Shown in pieces: positions 39,829 through 49,747 of a stretch of DNA of 64,000 bases. Both the position numbers and the translations under genes were made by a program. Each line of letters opens with the position of its first letter. Position 1 is the first letter of the stretch. Below the pieces are notes generated by a model. It saw only the letters and a list, made by a program, of their open reading frames with translations, ran no database searches and had not been told where the DNA came from. Origin of the DNA: Nitrospirota bacterium (lineage in GTDB: Bacteria > Nitrospirota > UBA9217); assembly GCA_963845065.1 (NCBI GenBank), contig CAWJQQ010000006.1:288001-352000 (forward strand). Reading direction: 5' to 3'.

Positions 39829-42800
39829 CTATGAACCCATCACACCCGCTTCAGATTCCATGGCTGCGTCAATCATGGCAAGGATCTGGTCATCCCGGAA
39901 ATTGTTAACCTGAAATGCCTTTGCCGGGCAGATGCCCGCGCAGATCCCGCAGCCCATGCACTTGATCTCGTTGTGCGAGATCTTCCCGTCTTCAGCGATA
40001 AAGGGCGATCCGTACGGACAAACGCGTAAACAGCTCAGGCAGGACATGCAGAGTTCCCGCTTGTGCTTGGCGATGATGCCTGAGACCGCGAGCTTCTCGT
40101 GGGACAGGATCACCCCTGCCCTTCCTGCAGCCGCCAACGCCTGTGCGATAGTTTCGTCGAAGTTCTTGGGTGCATGTCCCAGACCCGCTACGAAAAGTCC
40201 CTCGCTCGGAAAATCCACAGGGCGGAGCTTGACGTGCGCCTCAAGGTAATAGCCGTCGGGGTTGCGCGTCACCTTGTACATGGCGCCGACCGCGTCAGTC
40301 GTTGGATGGGGCCGGAGTCCGACGGATAGCACAAGCCAGTTCGCATCAAATTGAAGCTCCCGGTTCAGCATATAGTCCCAGGCTTTGACTTGCACCCTGT
40401 TCCCTACCTGTTCGACCAAGGGCTTCCGGTCGACCTCGTAGCGGACAAAGAACACGCCCAGATCGCGGGCCTTCTTGTAATAATCCTCACGCAGACCGTA
40501 GGTCCTGATATCGCGGTAGAGGATCACGACGTCGGCTGCCGAGTTCCGCTCCTTGATAGCTATAGCGTTCTTGATCGCGTCCTGACAGCAAACCCGGGAA
40601 CAATACTGGGCAGGCTCCTCGCGAGAACCCACGCACTGGATCATTACATACCGCTCGCCCGCGGTGGGCGTAAGATTTTCTCTAAACAGTTTCTGTTCCA
40701 GATCGCGCTGAGTGATAACATTCGAGCTCATGCCGGCCAGATACTCCGTGGGCTGATATTCAACCCCGCCCGTTGCTAGGATAAGAGCGCCGTGGGAAAC
40801 CTCGCTTCCGTTAGTGAGGGTCGTATTGAAATTTCCGACGAAGCCGTCTGTCTTCTTGACTTCAATCCCCGTGTGCACGGAAATCTTGGGATGGGCTTTG
40901 ACTTCGGCGATCTTCATAGCGAGGAACTGCTGCACATCGGAGCCATCAAGCGTGCGATAAACGTTCCTCGCTAGGCCGCCAAGCGACTGCTCCTTCTCAA
41001 CGATATGGGTGGGAAAACCCTGGTCGGCAAGGGCAAGAGCGGAAGTCATGCCGGCAACACCGCCACCGATGATCAGACAGGCAGGCGTTACGCCTACACT
41101 TTCGCTCTTAAGAGGTTCCTGAAGCCGGGACTTGGCCACTGCCATTTTCACAATTTTAATGGCCTTCTTCGTTGCCACCTCATTTTGACCTTTATGACAC
41201 CATGAGCACTGCTCGCGGATGTCAGCAAGGTCAAAGAGGTACTTATTTAGGCCCGCTTCCTGGATCGTTTCCTGGAACAGCTTCTCGTGGGTTCTCGGAG
41301 TACAGGATGCGATTACGACGCGGTTCAGGTTCTGATCCTTAATCGTCTGCTTGATTACGTCTTGGTTATCCTGGGAGCAGGCATATATAGTATTTGTGAC
41401 GTACGCAACGCCTTTTTCCTTCTTGACGGCTTCGACGACTTGGTCGATCTCTATAGTTGATGAGATGTTTGTGCCGCAATGGCAGACAAAAACACCTATG
41501 CGAGGCGCCTCTCCGGCAACGTCCTTTTCAGGTGGCAATTCCTTCTTCTTGGTCTGAGTCCCGCGAGCTTCGGCAAGAAGGGCCATTACGCTTCCGGCCA
41601 CACCGCTTCCCTGCATCACTGTCTCGGGTATGTCCTTAGGTCCCTGGTAAATACCGGTAACGAATATACCGTCACGCGAGGTTTTGACTGGCGTAAAGTG
41701 TGAGGTCTTGGCGAACTTATACTCATTCATTTCAATGCCAAACGTCTTGGCAAATTCTACGGCATCGGCGTGGGGTTCAAAGCCCACGGACAGGACGACC
41801 ATGTCAAAGGTCTCGTTTGCGAGCTTGCCGGTCTCGTCCGAATACCGAAGCACAAGATTTCCAGTACCAGGTTCTTCCCGAACAGCCGAAACCATGGCAC
41901 GCTGGTATTTGACGCCATATTCATTCTTAGCCCGTTCCACGTACTTGTCGAAATCCTTACCAAAGGCTCGCATCTCCATATAGAAAACTGTGGGCTCTAT
42001 ATTCTTATCATGTTCCTTGGCAATAATCGATTGCTTTGTGGCATACATACAACAGACCGACGAACACCAAGGGTTGGCATTATGGTTGTCCCGTGAACCG
42101 ACGCACTGAATCCAGGCGACCTTGACGGGATGTTTTTGGTCTGAAGGCCGCTGAACCACGCCTTTATACGGGCCGGACGCCGAAAGAATGCGCTCGAACT
42201 GGACCGATGAGACAACGTTTTGCCACCTGCCAAGGCCCAGTTCAGGCCGAATCCGTGCATCATAACGCTGGAGTCCCGGACTCAGAATGATGGAACCCAC
42301 ATTCAGTTCGAATTCTTTACCGGTGTCTTCGTAATTGATTGCGCCCGCCTTGCAGGTCTTTTCGCATAAACGGCAGCGCTTTTTCTGGGGGTCATTAAGG
42401 CAAAGGCAGTTTTTGGAATCAATAGCTCGCGTATTCGGCACGGCTTGGGGAAAGAGAGAAAATATGGCCTTACGCTGACCGAGCTGCTGTTCGAATTCGC
42501 TCGGTACTTTCTTGGGGCATTTCGCTTCACAGTCGCCACAACCCGTACATTTGCTTTGGTCGACGTAACGAGGGGCCATCCTGACCTGGACCGTAAAATT
42601 TCCGGACTGGCCAGAGACGGATGTCACCTCCGCCAGTGTATGGATATTAATATTGAGATGGCGACCGATCTCGACCATCTTGGGCGAGATCATGCACATC
42701 GAGCAGTCACCCGTTGGAAAGGTCTTATCCAGCATGACCATGGTCCCGCCTACGGACGTGTCTCTCTGGACCATATGCACCTTGAAACCGCTTTCAGCGA

Positions 42801-42885
42801 GATCAAGGGCCGCTTGCATGCCGCCGATACCGCCGCCGACGATGAGGACTGATCCCTGCTTGTTCGAAGAGGTTTGTGCGCTCAT
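39829..42885 (-). CDS. hdrA: Large heterodisulfide reductase subunit A-like flavoprotein
   Basis: 1018 aa; GGGIGG, LDKTFPTGDCSMC, CTGCGDC, CSSVCC, GVFVCHCG, GGGVAG, CSRVCC, C-terminal 2x[4Fe-4S]. Confidence 0.95.
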   Translation of the reverse strand: MSAQTSSNKQGSVLIVGGGIGGMQAALDLAESGFKVHMVQRDTSVGGTMVMLDKTFPTGDCSMCMISPKMVEIGRHLNINIHTLAEVTSVSGQSGNFTVQVRMAPRYVDQSKCTGCGDCEAKCPKKVPSEFEQQLGQRKAIFSLFPQAVPNTRAIDSKNCLCLNDPQKKRCRLCEKTCKAGAINYEDTGKEFELNVGSIILSPGLQRYDARIRPELGLGRWQNVVSSVQFERILSASGPYKGVVQRPSDQKHPVKVAWIQCVGSRDNHNANPWCSSVCCMYATKQSIIAKEHDKNIEPTVFYMEMRAFGKDFDKYVERAKNEYGVKYQRAMVSAVREEPGTGNLVLRYSDETGKLANETFDMVVLSVGFEPHADAVEFAKTFGIEMNEYKFAKTSHFTPVKTSRDGIFVTGIYQGPKDIPETVMQGSGVAGSVMALLAEARGTQTKKKELPPEKDVAGEAPRIGVFVCHCGTNISSTIEIDQVVEAVKKEKGVAYVTNTIYACSQDNQDVIKQTIKDQNLNRVVIASCTPRTHEKLFQETIQEAGLNKYLFDLADIREQCSWCHKGQNEVATKKAIKIVKMAVAKSRLQEPLKSESVGVTPACLIIGGGVAGMTSALALADQGFPTHIVEKEQSLGGLARNVYRTLDGSDVQQFLAMKIAEVKAHPKISVHTGIEVKKTDGFVGNFNTTLTNGSEVSHGALILATGGVEYQPTEYLAGMSSNVITQRDLEQKLFRENLTPTAGERYVMIQCVGSREEPAQYCSRVCCQDAIKNAIAIKERNSAADVVILYRDIRTYGLREDYYKKARDLGVFFVRYEVDRKPLVEQVGNRVQVKAWDYMLNRELQFDANWLVLSVGLRPHPTTDAVGAMYKVTRNPDGYYLEAHVKLRPVDFPSEGLFVAGLGHAPKNFDETIAQALAAAGRAGVILSHEKLAVSGIIAKHKRELCMSCLSCLRVCPYGSPFIAEDGKISHNEIKCMGCGICAGICPAKAFQVNNFRDDQILAMIDAAMESEAGVMGS

Positions 42886-43757
42886 ATCAGATTCAACTCC
42901 TTTAAGAGCCCCATGGCGTCGACGAAATGGCGGTCGACCTGCATTGCTACAGGGTCGATCCCCATCGAGACGCCGATAAGCTCCGTGATGAAGTAGACCG
43001 GCAGCCGCTTGTCGATCTCATACTTCTCGTTGACCTCGTCCTGACACGCATCCACGTTCATCTGGCATAGCGGACAGGTTGTGACGATGCAGTTAGCTCC
43101 GCGGGCTGAGGCGTCTTTGAAAATTCGGGACATGAGAAGCTGCGCCTGCTCGGCATCGTTATATGCAGCCGATGCGCCGCAGCAGTCCGTCTTATAGCTC
43201 CAGTCGATGGGCTCAGCGCCGAGGGCCTTACAGACGATCTCCATTCCCTGCGGGTTTTCCACGTTATCAGGCACCTCGATGTCTATAGGGAACCGCGTCA
43301 TAAGACAACCATAGTAGCACGCCGGCTTGAGTCCGATAAGCTTCTTGACCGCTTTGCCGGCAATCTCGCCGGAAATTACCTTGGGACGCAACACTTCGAG
43401 GATGCTCGATACTTTGATTGTGCCCAGAATTTTCCGGCCGAGCTCCGCATTAATGGAGTCTTTAAGCGCTGCATCTGAAGCAAGCCTCTTCTGGGACACG
43501 AGGGTCCTGCTGTAACAGGATGAACAGGGAATGACGATCTCGGAAAGACCGGTGGCGTCGGCGATGCCCAGGTTCCGCGCGGGCAGGGCGATGGAAAGGA
43601 ATTCATTGGTCTTGCTCGCGCCGGTGGCGCCGCAGCAGTTCCAGTCTTCAATCTCCTTGAGCTCGAGGCCCAAATTGTTGAATACAAGTTTGCACTGGAT
43701 ATCATAGAGCTCCGACGATGCATGCAATGAACAACCGGGATAGTAGGCTATTTCCAT
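42882..43757 (-). CDS. hdrB: Heterodisulfide reductase subunit B
   Basis: Two CCG domains: YYPGCSL..WNCCGA..CSSC and YYGCL..DCCGA..CPLCQMN. Confidence 0.95.
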   Translation of the reverse strand: MEIAYYPGCSLHASSELYDIQCKLVFNNLGLELKEIEDWNCCGATGASKTNEFLSIALPARNLGIADATGLSEIVIPCSSCYSRTLVSQKRLASDAALKDSINAELGRKILGTIKVSSILEVLRPKVISGEIAGKAVKKLIGLKPACYYGCLMTRFPIDIEVPDNVENPQGMEIVCKALGAEPIDWSYKTDCCGASAAYNDAEQAQLLMSRIFKDASARGANCIVTTCPLCQMNVDACQDEVNEKYEIDKRLPVYFITELIGVSMGIDPVAMQVDRHFVDAMGLLKELNLI

Positions 43758-43786
43758 AGGGCGGTACTCATCCTCTCTCGCGGCCT

Positions 43787-44389
43787 TTAGCGGCCCTTGG
43801 ACTTTTTGTAGAGGGCTTTTATTTCCGAACGGTTCTTGACCCTGTCAAGGTCGAAGTGCATCCGTTTTTTCTTCGTTATCGCCGCACCAAGTTTGCCCTG
43901 GGCCACCATTTCCTCGAACATGGCCTTCAGGTTCCCTTTTGCGAGCTCCTTGAACAGGGTTTTGGTTTCGTAGATGGCCATGAGTTCGATTTCGTTGACG
44001 CGGCCCAGATGGCCAGTCGACGTCATGAAGGCATTGTGGAAATCGGCTATGCGGGGAGTAAGCGGCTTCAAATGGGCTTCCTTGGACATATGCTTTAGGG
44101 TCTCGGTAATCCGCGCCGTCTGGATGTTATTAGGGCAGCGCGTGCCACAAGTATAGCAGGCCACGCACTTCCATACGAGGAGATTATTGAGGGCAGCTTC
44201 CTTATCTCCCACTAAAATCATTCTGATCAGCCGGTCCGGCGTTACACCTGTCTCTTCTCCGACCGGGCAGCCGGCAGCGCACCGGCGGCATTGGTAGCAG
44301 GACTGAATATTCTGGCCCGAGCGGCTCATGACCTCTTCTACCAGCGGCTTAGAGACCGAGACATCATATTTGAGAACTGATGATGACAT
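43787..44389 (-). CDS. hdrC: Heterodisulfide reductase subunit C
   Basis: CYQCRRCAAGCP and WKCVACYTCGTRCP. Confidence 0.93.
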   Translation of the reverse strand: MSSSVLKYDVSVSKPLVEEVMSRSGQNIQSCYQCRRCAAGCPVGEETGVTPDRLIRMILVGDKEAALNNLLVWKCVACYTCGTRCPNNIQTARITETLKHMSKEAHLKPLTPRIADFHNAFMTSTGHLGRVNEIELMAIYETKTLFKELAKGNLKAMFEEMVAQGKLGAAITKKKRMHFDLDRVKNRSEIKALYKKSKGR

Positions 44390-44425
44390 AAATACTCCCC
44401 TATTATATAGAATAGACTTAAACTT

Positions 44426-44989
44426 TTAATCCCGCTCCCTGAGTAACGCCAGCATCTCCATGCGGGTTGATTCCTTGGACCGGAAGGTGCCGCGAACTGC
44501 TGATGTAACCACACGTGTCCCCGGCTTCTTCACACCGCGCATGCTCATACAGAGATGTTCAGCGTCGATTACCACCATGGCCCCTTTGGGTCTGAGCCGT
44601 GTAACAATAAGATCAGTGAACTGTGACGTAAGCCGCTCCTGCACCTGGGGCCGTTTGGCAAGAACCTCAAGCGCCCGTGCCAAGGAACTAATGCCTACGA
44701 TCTTGCCCGCTCCCGGTATATACGCGATATGTGCCCTGCCGAAGAAAGGCAGGAGGTGATGTTCACATACAGAATAGAACGGTATGTCGCGGATCATCAC
44801 CATCTCATCGTGGTTTTCACCAGCCATCGGCTTAAACAGCTGTTCGGTATCGGCAGTAATGCCTGAGAATATCTCACCATACAACTCGGCGACGCGTTTT
44901 GGCGTGTTCTTGAGCCCCGGCCGATCTGGGTCTTCGCCGATTCCCTCTATGATCAGCCGCACACCCTTTTCTATTTTTTTGGTATCCAT
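44426..44989 (-). CDS. folE: GTP cyclohydrolase I
   Basis: [36 protein letters not shown]. Confidence 0.96.
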   Translation of the reverse strand: MDTKKIEKGVRLIIEGIGEDPDRPGLKNTPKRVAELYGEIFSGITADTEQLFKPMAGENHDEMVMIRDIPFYSVCEHHLLPFFGRAHIAYIPGAGKIVGISSLARALEVLAKRPQVQERLTSQFTDLIVTRLRPKGAMVVIDAEHLCMSMRGVKKPGTRVVTSAVRGTFRSKESTRMEMLALLRERD

Positions 44990-45077
44990 ATAAATTAACA
45001 AACCCTGAAGCTTGAGAACAAATTCCCGGTGCATTTTCTCATTGGATTATTCGGGAGTAGAAAAAGAGGATTTATGC

Positions 45078-45641
45078 TCAGCATTTGTTAACCACTATTG
45101 TTCGCTTCTCCGTTACAATCTTCTTTATCGGGATATCGAATGCAGAGATCGGAACCTCAGGCACAATCTGTATCTCAAATGCAAGCGCAGCGTTTTCTTT
45201 TTTATACAGAGGAAGTATCCTGTCGTAAAAACCGGCACCGTACCCCAGCCGGTTGCCGTTCAGGTCAAACGCGAGGCCGGGCACAACCATAAAATCAACA
45301 TCAAGAATCGTAGCGGGCAGAATTTCGCGGGGCTCTGGGATACCCCAGGCGCCCGGAGCAATGTCTTCATCAATATTCTGTATCTCGAATAACCATAAAT
45401 CCTTGCCCTTGACTTTTGGGAGGATAATCCGCTTACCCACCGCCAGCGAATGCCGTATCATTGGCAGGGTATCAACCTCGCTTCGAAAGGAAGCAAAGAA
45501 CATTACTGACGACGCTGACTTGAACTCAGGAAGTGAAAAAAGCCTCTCTGCGATCTCACTACTCTTGGCTTTACGAGCTCCTGGCGACAAACTGCCTCTC
45601 GCTTCGGCTACCTGTTTTCTCAGAGCTATTTTTGCTTTCAA
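45078..45641 (-). CDS. fau: 5-formyltetrahydrofolate cyclo-ligase
   Basis: SEVDT, WGIPEP, VPGLAFDLNGNRLGYGAGFYDR. Confidence 0.95.
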   Translation of the reverse strand: MKAKIALRKQVAEARGSLSPGARKAKSSEIAERLFSLPEFKSASSVMFFASFRSEVDTLPMIRHSLAVGKRIILPKVKGKDLWLFEIQNIDEDIAPGAWGIPEPREILPATILDVDFMVVPGLAFDLNGNRLGYGAGFYDRILPLYKKENAALAFEIQIVPEVPISAFDIPIKKIVTEKRTIVVNKC

Positions 45642-45761
45642 TGTAGTATGAGTTATGGCAGATATTTTTTATTCCACTGCGCAAATAAACCTTTTTATAT
45701 TAACATTTTAAAAAAATATAATCTAGTCTTTTTTTAAACCACTCCTCTATAATTGACTGGT

Positions 45762-46553
45762 TTACTCTTCCGAAGTTACCTGCATCAACCGGTCAAGTGA
45801 TGCCTTGATGACCTTTACTTCTTCTACGGCTCTAGGAGCTGCATCATAGGGAGACTTGCCATCCAGATCCGCCTTTACCGTATCATCTGCGTAGCTCATG
45901 AAACCTAGAACCTGCATGCCCTCGAGGTGTTTTGCGATGAAGTCCTTGTCCGATTCCCGTTTAATCTTATTGCCGACGACGAAAACATTCTTGATCCCCA
46001 GCCCCTTCGCCAAGTTCTCCACGTGCCTCGCTGTCTGAAGGCTCCGCTGTCCAGGCTCTACTACCACAATGAAGGCATTGACCCCACTCGCCGTACCACG
46101 CGTCAGGTGTTCGATACCGGCTTCCATATCGAGGATGACCACCTCGTCACGCCGCAGAATTAAATGACTGATAAGACGTCGCAACAATACGTGTTCTGGA
46201 CAGTAACAGCCAGCTGCAGCCTCTTTTGATTTGCCCATGACGAGAAGCCGCACCCCTTCGTGCTGGACTCCGTAAGCCTCTGGGATGTCGTCCACCTTAG
46301 GATTGATGCTGAACATCCCGCCGGGGGCGCCGGGACGTGATCCAGTCCGTTCCTCGATCATGTCAGATTGTTCAGCAAGCGGCAATATCCGCTGTGCTAT
46401 TTCGGGCGCAATACCGAGTGCTGATGCAAGATTTGCATCCGGATCGGCATCGACAGCCAGAACTTTTTTACCCGCAGCCGAATATAGTCGCGCCAAGATA
46501 CCTGCCAGCGTGGTCTTTCCCACACCCCCCTTGCCTGTAATCGCAATTTTCAA
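45762..46553 (-). CDS. cooC: CO dehydrogenase nickel-insertion ATPase CooC
   Basis: KIAITGKGGVGKTT, DADPDANLA, GCYCPE, DMEAGIEHLTRGT; TTG start after GAGGAG. Confidence 0.9.
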   Translation of the reverse strand: MKIAITGKGGVGKTTLAGILARLYSAAGKKVLAVDADPDANLASALGIAPEIAQRILPLAEQSDMIEERTGSRPGAPGGMFSINPKVDDIPEAYGVQHEGVRLLVMGKSKEAAAGCYCPEHVLLRRLISHLILRRDEVVILDMEAGIEHLTRGTASGVNAFIVVVEPGQRSLQTARHVENLAKGLGIKNVFVVGNKIKRESDKDFIAKHLEGMQVLGFMSYADDTVKADLDGKSPYDAAPRAVEEVKVIKASLDRLMQVTSEE

Positions 46554-46711
46554 GCACATCTCCTCGAAAATACTTGGATAAAATAACATCTAGCGAGCAA
46601 TAGTGTCAAGTTTTTTTTGTCTAAGACAAAAGTTATATTGCTAAGCAATTTATTTTGGTATGAAATTATTACTTTAGTTTGTCATTTCAGCACTTCCCGT
46701 TAATTCAGAGG

Positions 46712-46932
46712 TGACAAATGTCAGGAAATCAGTTACCCGGATGTGTCAAAACATCGGTAATCCAAAACATTATTTATTCTATTAAGACATCAGTGTCCTG
46801 GGTTTTTCGACGCTTTTGAGTACCAAATGCCTGAAGGCTTACTTCCTGATGATTCCATTATCCCCTTCGGGTAACTATTTCTTGATATTTGGGACCATTA
46901 AAATCGGGTAACCGATGTCCTGACATTTGACA
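46712..46932. mobile_element. 221-bp MITE-like element
   Basis: 29-bp terminal inverted repeats (25/29 identical), internal copies of the repeat, flanks CAGAGG/CATAGG; no ORF. Confidence 0.7.
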
Positions 46933-46977
46933 CATAGGTCTAAAGATATCTGCCAATTTACCGATAAAATAGTCGTA

Positions 46978-48630
46978 ATGATGCATAAAAAATACATATC
47001 ATATTTAATAGTTTTTTTGATCTGCTTCTTAGGCGGGCTGCTGATTGCATTTGGCTGGCATCGTATCTTTGTGAAAAGACACGCGGTGTCGCTTGCATCA
47101 TATTCAACGTCGACTATATCGCGGTCAACGGGCAGTACCCCCCCTCTGTTATCGAAATCGACATCTACGATGATAACTGAAATAACTTCGACTACTCAAC
47201 CCTCACATACGATACGAGGCAATTCGTCCGCAAAGTTGCAACTCGATGCGCTGCCGGCTCTGCAAACTGCACAGACCCAAACAATAGTACCAGGGTATGA
47301 TATCATTCTGCTTATAGATAGTTCGGGAAGCATGAAGCACACGGACCCGGGAGACTATCGCAAGAATGCAGCCAAGTTATTCATTTCTCTGCTCGATAGG
47401 AACGATCGCATCGGTGTCATAGGTTTCGGGAAAGCGGCGACGCTGCTAAAACCTCTCACAAGGAATAGTGGACAGAATCGACAGTCCCTTTTTAATGCGG
47501 TCGATAAAATTACATCAAAGGAATTGTATACCAACATTACCGAGGCAGTCCTGCAAGGCCTTAAGGAATTGGAAATGTCTCATCGACAAAACCGGGTTAT
47601 GATCATGATGTCGGATGGCCGAATCGACTTGGAGTCCAGGGAAAAGGATGAAGCATCACACTCGATCCTGATGGGCATTCTCCCTGAGCTTGCTCGAAAG
47701 CAGATACCCCTCTACACTATAGCGTTCACGCAGGAGTCCGACCGTGCACTGCTTGAAAACATGGCGAAAGCGACGGGAGGTCAGTTCCGGTTTGCCGGAG
47801 AAGATAAAGACGTGCACGTCATCTTCGCATCGATCTTTGAAAAGATCAAGTCACCCGACACCGTCCCCTTCGTCGGCGAGTCGTTTACCATTGACCGCGA
47901 GATTAAGGAAGCGACCGTCCTTGTTACAAAAAAACCGGGTACAGCGCTTTATCTCATTGATCCATTGAGCAAGAAGCATATGGCAACAGCACATGAGGCC
48001 CATTTTGCCTGGTTCGCGTCTTCGGTCTTCGATATGATCACGATTCAAGATCCTGCTGCTGGAATTTGGAATTTGAAGCTGAGTACGAACGAAGGGAACA
48101 GAGTATACGTATTAACAAGTCTCCACCTCAGGAGCTCCTTTGACGGACACGACCTAGTCCAGGGACAGACTGCAACAATCGACGCATGGCTTGAAAAGTC
48201 TGGCGGAGCCGCGCTCGAAAGGCCTGTAATTGAAAACACAACTTTTTCAGCTGCCATTACCGGACCTGATGGTAATACATCTACAGTGGCACTTACCAGA
48301 ACGGTAAAACCGGGAGAATCACAAACTGAAAACGGTGTTTTTTTTGGCACCACTCCCGCCCTGACCGCTGGCGATTATTCGGCGAAGATTGTAGCAACTG
48401 GAAAGACCTTCCAGCGGCAGATGACCGTTCTCTTCAAAGTCAGCGGCTCAGCCGACAATCCGGCCATACGACAAAGCGCCTCTCACTCAATACAGACAAC
48501 TGAGCGCGAAGAAATTTCCTGGTTACATATTCTGCTTAAGTTTGGGATTATCAATCTCGTAGTCATCGGCCTAGCTACCGCCCTGTTTGGTATGCAAATA
48601 ATGATCAAAAAAATGAGGACAAGACGATGA
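46978..48630 (+). CDS. Membrane-anchored VWA domain protein (TIGR03503-like C-terminal half)
   Basis: N-terminal TM, Ser/Thr linker, MIDAS DSSGSM..T..MMSDG, beta-rich region FTID..IKE..WF..DMITIQDP..G.W, C-terminal TM. Confidence 0.85.
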   Translation: MMHKKYISYLIVFLICFLGGLLIAFGWHRIFVKRHAVSLASYSTSTISRSTGSTPPLLSKSTSTMITEITSTTQPSHTIRGNSSAKLQLDALPALQTAQTQTIVPGYDIILLIDSSGSMKHTDPGDYRKNAAKLFISLLDRNDRIGVIGFGKAATLLKPLTRNSGQNRQSLFNAVDKITSKELYTNITEAVLQGLKELEMSHRQNRVMIMMSDGRIDLESREKDEASHSILMGILPELARKQIPLYTIAFTQESDRALLENMAKATGGQFRFAGEDKDVHVIFASIFEKIKSPDTVPFVGESFTIDREIKEATVLVTKKPGTALYLIDPLSKKHMATAHEAHFAWFASSVFDMITIQDPAAGIWNLKLSTNEGNRVYVLTSLHLRSSFDGHDLVQGQTATIDAWLEKSGGAALERPVIENTTFSAAITGPDGNTSTVALTRTVKPGESQTENGVFFGTTPALTAGDYSAKIVATGKTFQRQMTVLFKVSGSADNPAIRQSASHSIQTTEREEISWLHILLKFGIINLVVIGLATALFGMQIMIKKMRTRR

Positions 48631-49049
48631 TAAAAGTGAATCCGCTCTTTTTTTTGCTGCTGATCGAACTCTCCAGCATTTTGGCGTGCGGACTCGTATT
48701 TTTCCTGCTCAGGAGCAGGAAATTCAGGACTCTCTATCAGGATGCGCTAAAAGACCTCATGATGATAAAACAAGTCCAAGAGGACTTCCGTAAAAGGCTT
48801 GCACCGACACAGAACAGGGCGCCAGACGTCGGCCGTGTAGTCGAGCATATTCAGGGACAGCGAGGCTCAGAAGGAGCAGACGAACTCGAGGCACTGAAAA
48901 CCAAACTGCGTTCTGTCGAGGAGGAACTGGAGTCGAAAAACCACAAGATGAAACAGCTGCAATTGAAATTTGCCGATTTGGAGAAAGAATATATGGTGCT
49001 TTACCAGCAGCAACAAATCCAGCAGCAAGAACAGCCAAAAATACCATAA
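48627..49049 (+). CDS. Small TM-anchored coiled-coil protein
   Basis: ATGA overlap with the VWA gene; N-terminal TM; heptad region ending LEKEYMVLY. Confidence 0.75.
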   Translation: MIKVNPLFFLLLIELSSILACGLVFFLLRSRKFRTLYQDALKDLMMIKQVQEDFRKRLAPTQNRAPDVGRVVEHIQGQRGSEGADELEALKTKLRSVEEELESKNHKMKQLQLKFADLEKEYMVLYQQQQIQQQEQPKIP

Positions 49050-49747
49050 GAGGGAACGAGTACCGGTATGAGAGTTGCAAACATGAAAATGTCTCTGCAA
49101 ATTGGACTGCCGGGCAAATTTTGTCATAATCCATATCTAAATTAGAGAGACTCCGGCCTGTCTTGCCACGGCAAGTGCAACATTATTTTTTTTCTCAGGC
49201 GGCAGAATTGTAATGTCCTTCTGTAACTCTACCAAGAATTTGATGAAGAGCATTATTGGGAACATGTATCCTACAGCCTAATTGATTTCGTCAAACACAT
49301 ATTTTTCTCCAGAGGTCTCGGGTTGTATCAATGACGATGATAGTCAGCAATGAGTATCCAGTGGTTTTTGTTTTACAATTGATAAACAAACTCCAACCTG
49401 AATAACTTTTAGTTAACTGGATATTTCGCAATAACCATTCAACTTCTATTTGGTGAATTGCATCTTGTATCGATGGATATGGGGAACTTCTTGTCCCCCC
49501 TTATAGCACCTTGGGCAAGGATGATATTTATCCCCGTGCCAAGCAGGCCGTTATAAAAAGATAAACAATCAATGGGTTACAAATTAGTTATTTCTTGCTG
49601 ATATCTGAAAACGAATCTGTGCATGTTCATCTGAATGACACGAAGTGTAAGAACATAATGACTAAATAGTTTTTTGCTATGGTCCTTTTGTTATGAATTA
49701 TTCCATTAACGATAAAAACTAAGATTCGCTCTTTTGTAAGATATTAT

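Noticed and set aside
49050..49740. AT-rich spacer with sigma54 half-site (TGGCAC, about 49541) and IHF-like AATCAATGGGTTA
   Set aside because: The -12 GC is missing and no downstream ORF was found; at most a relic.
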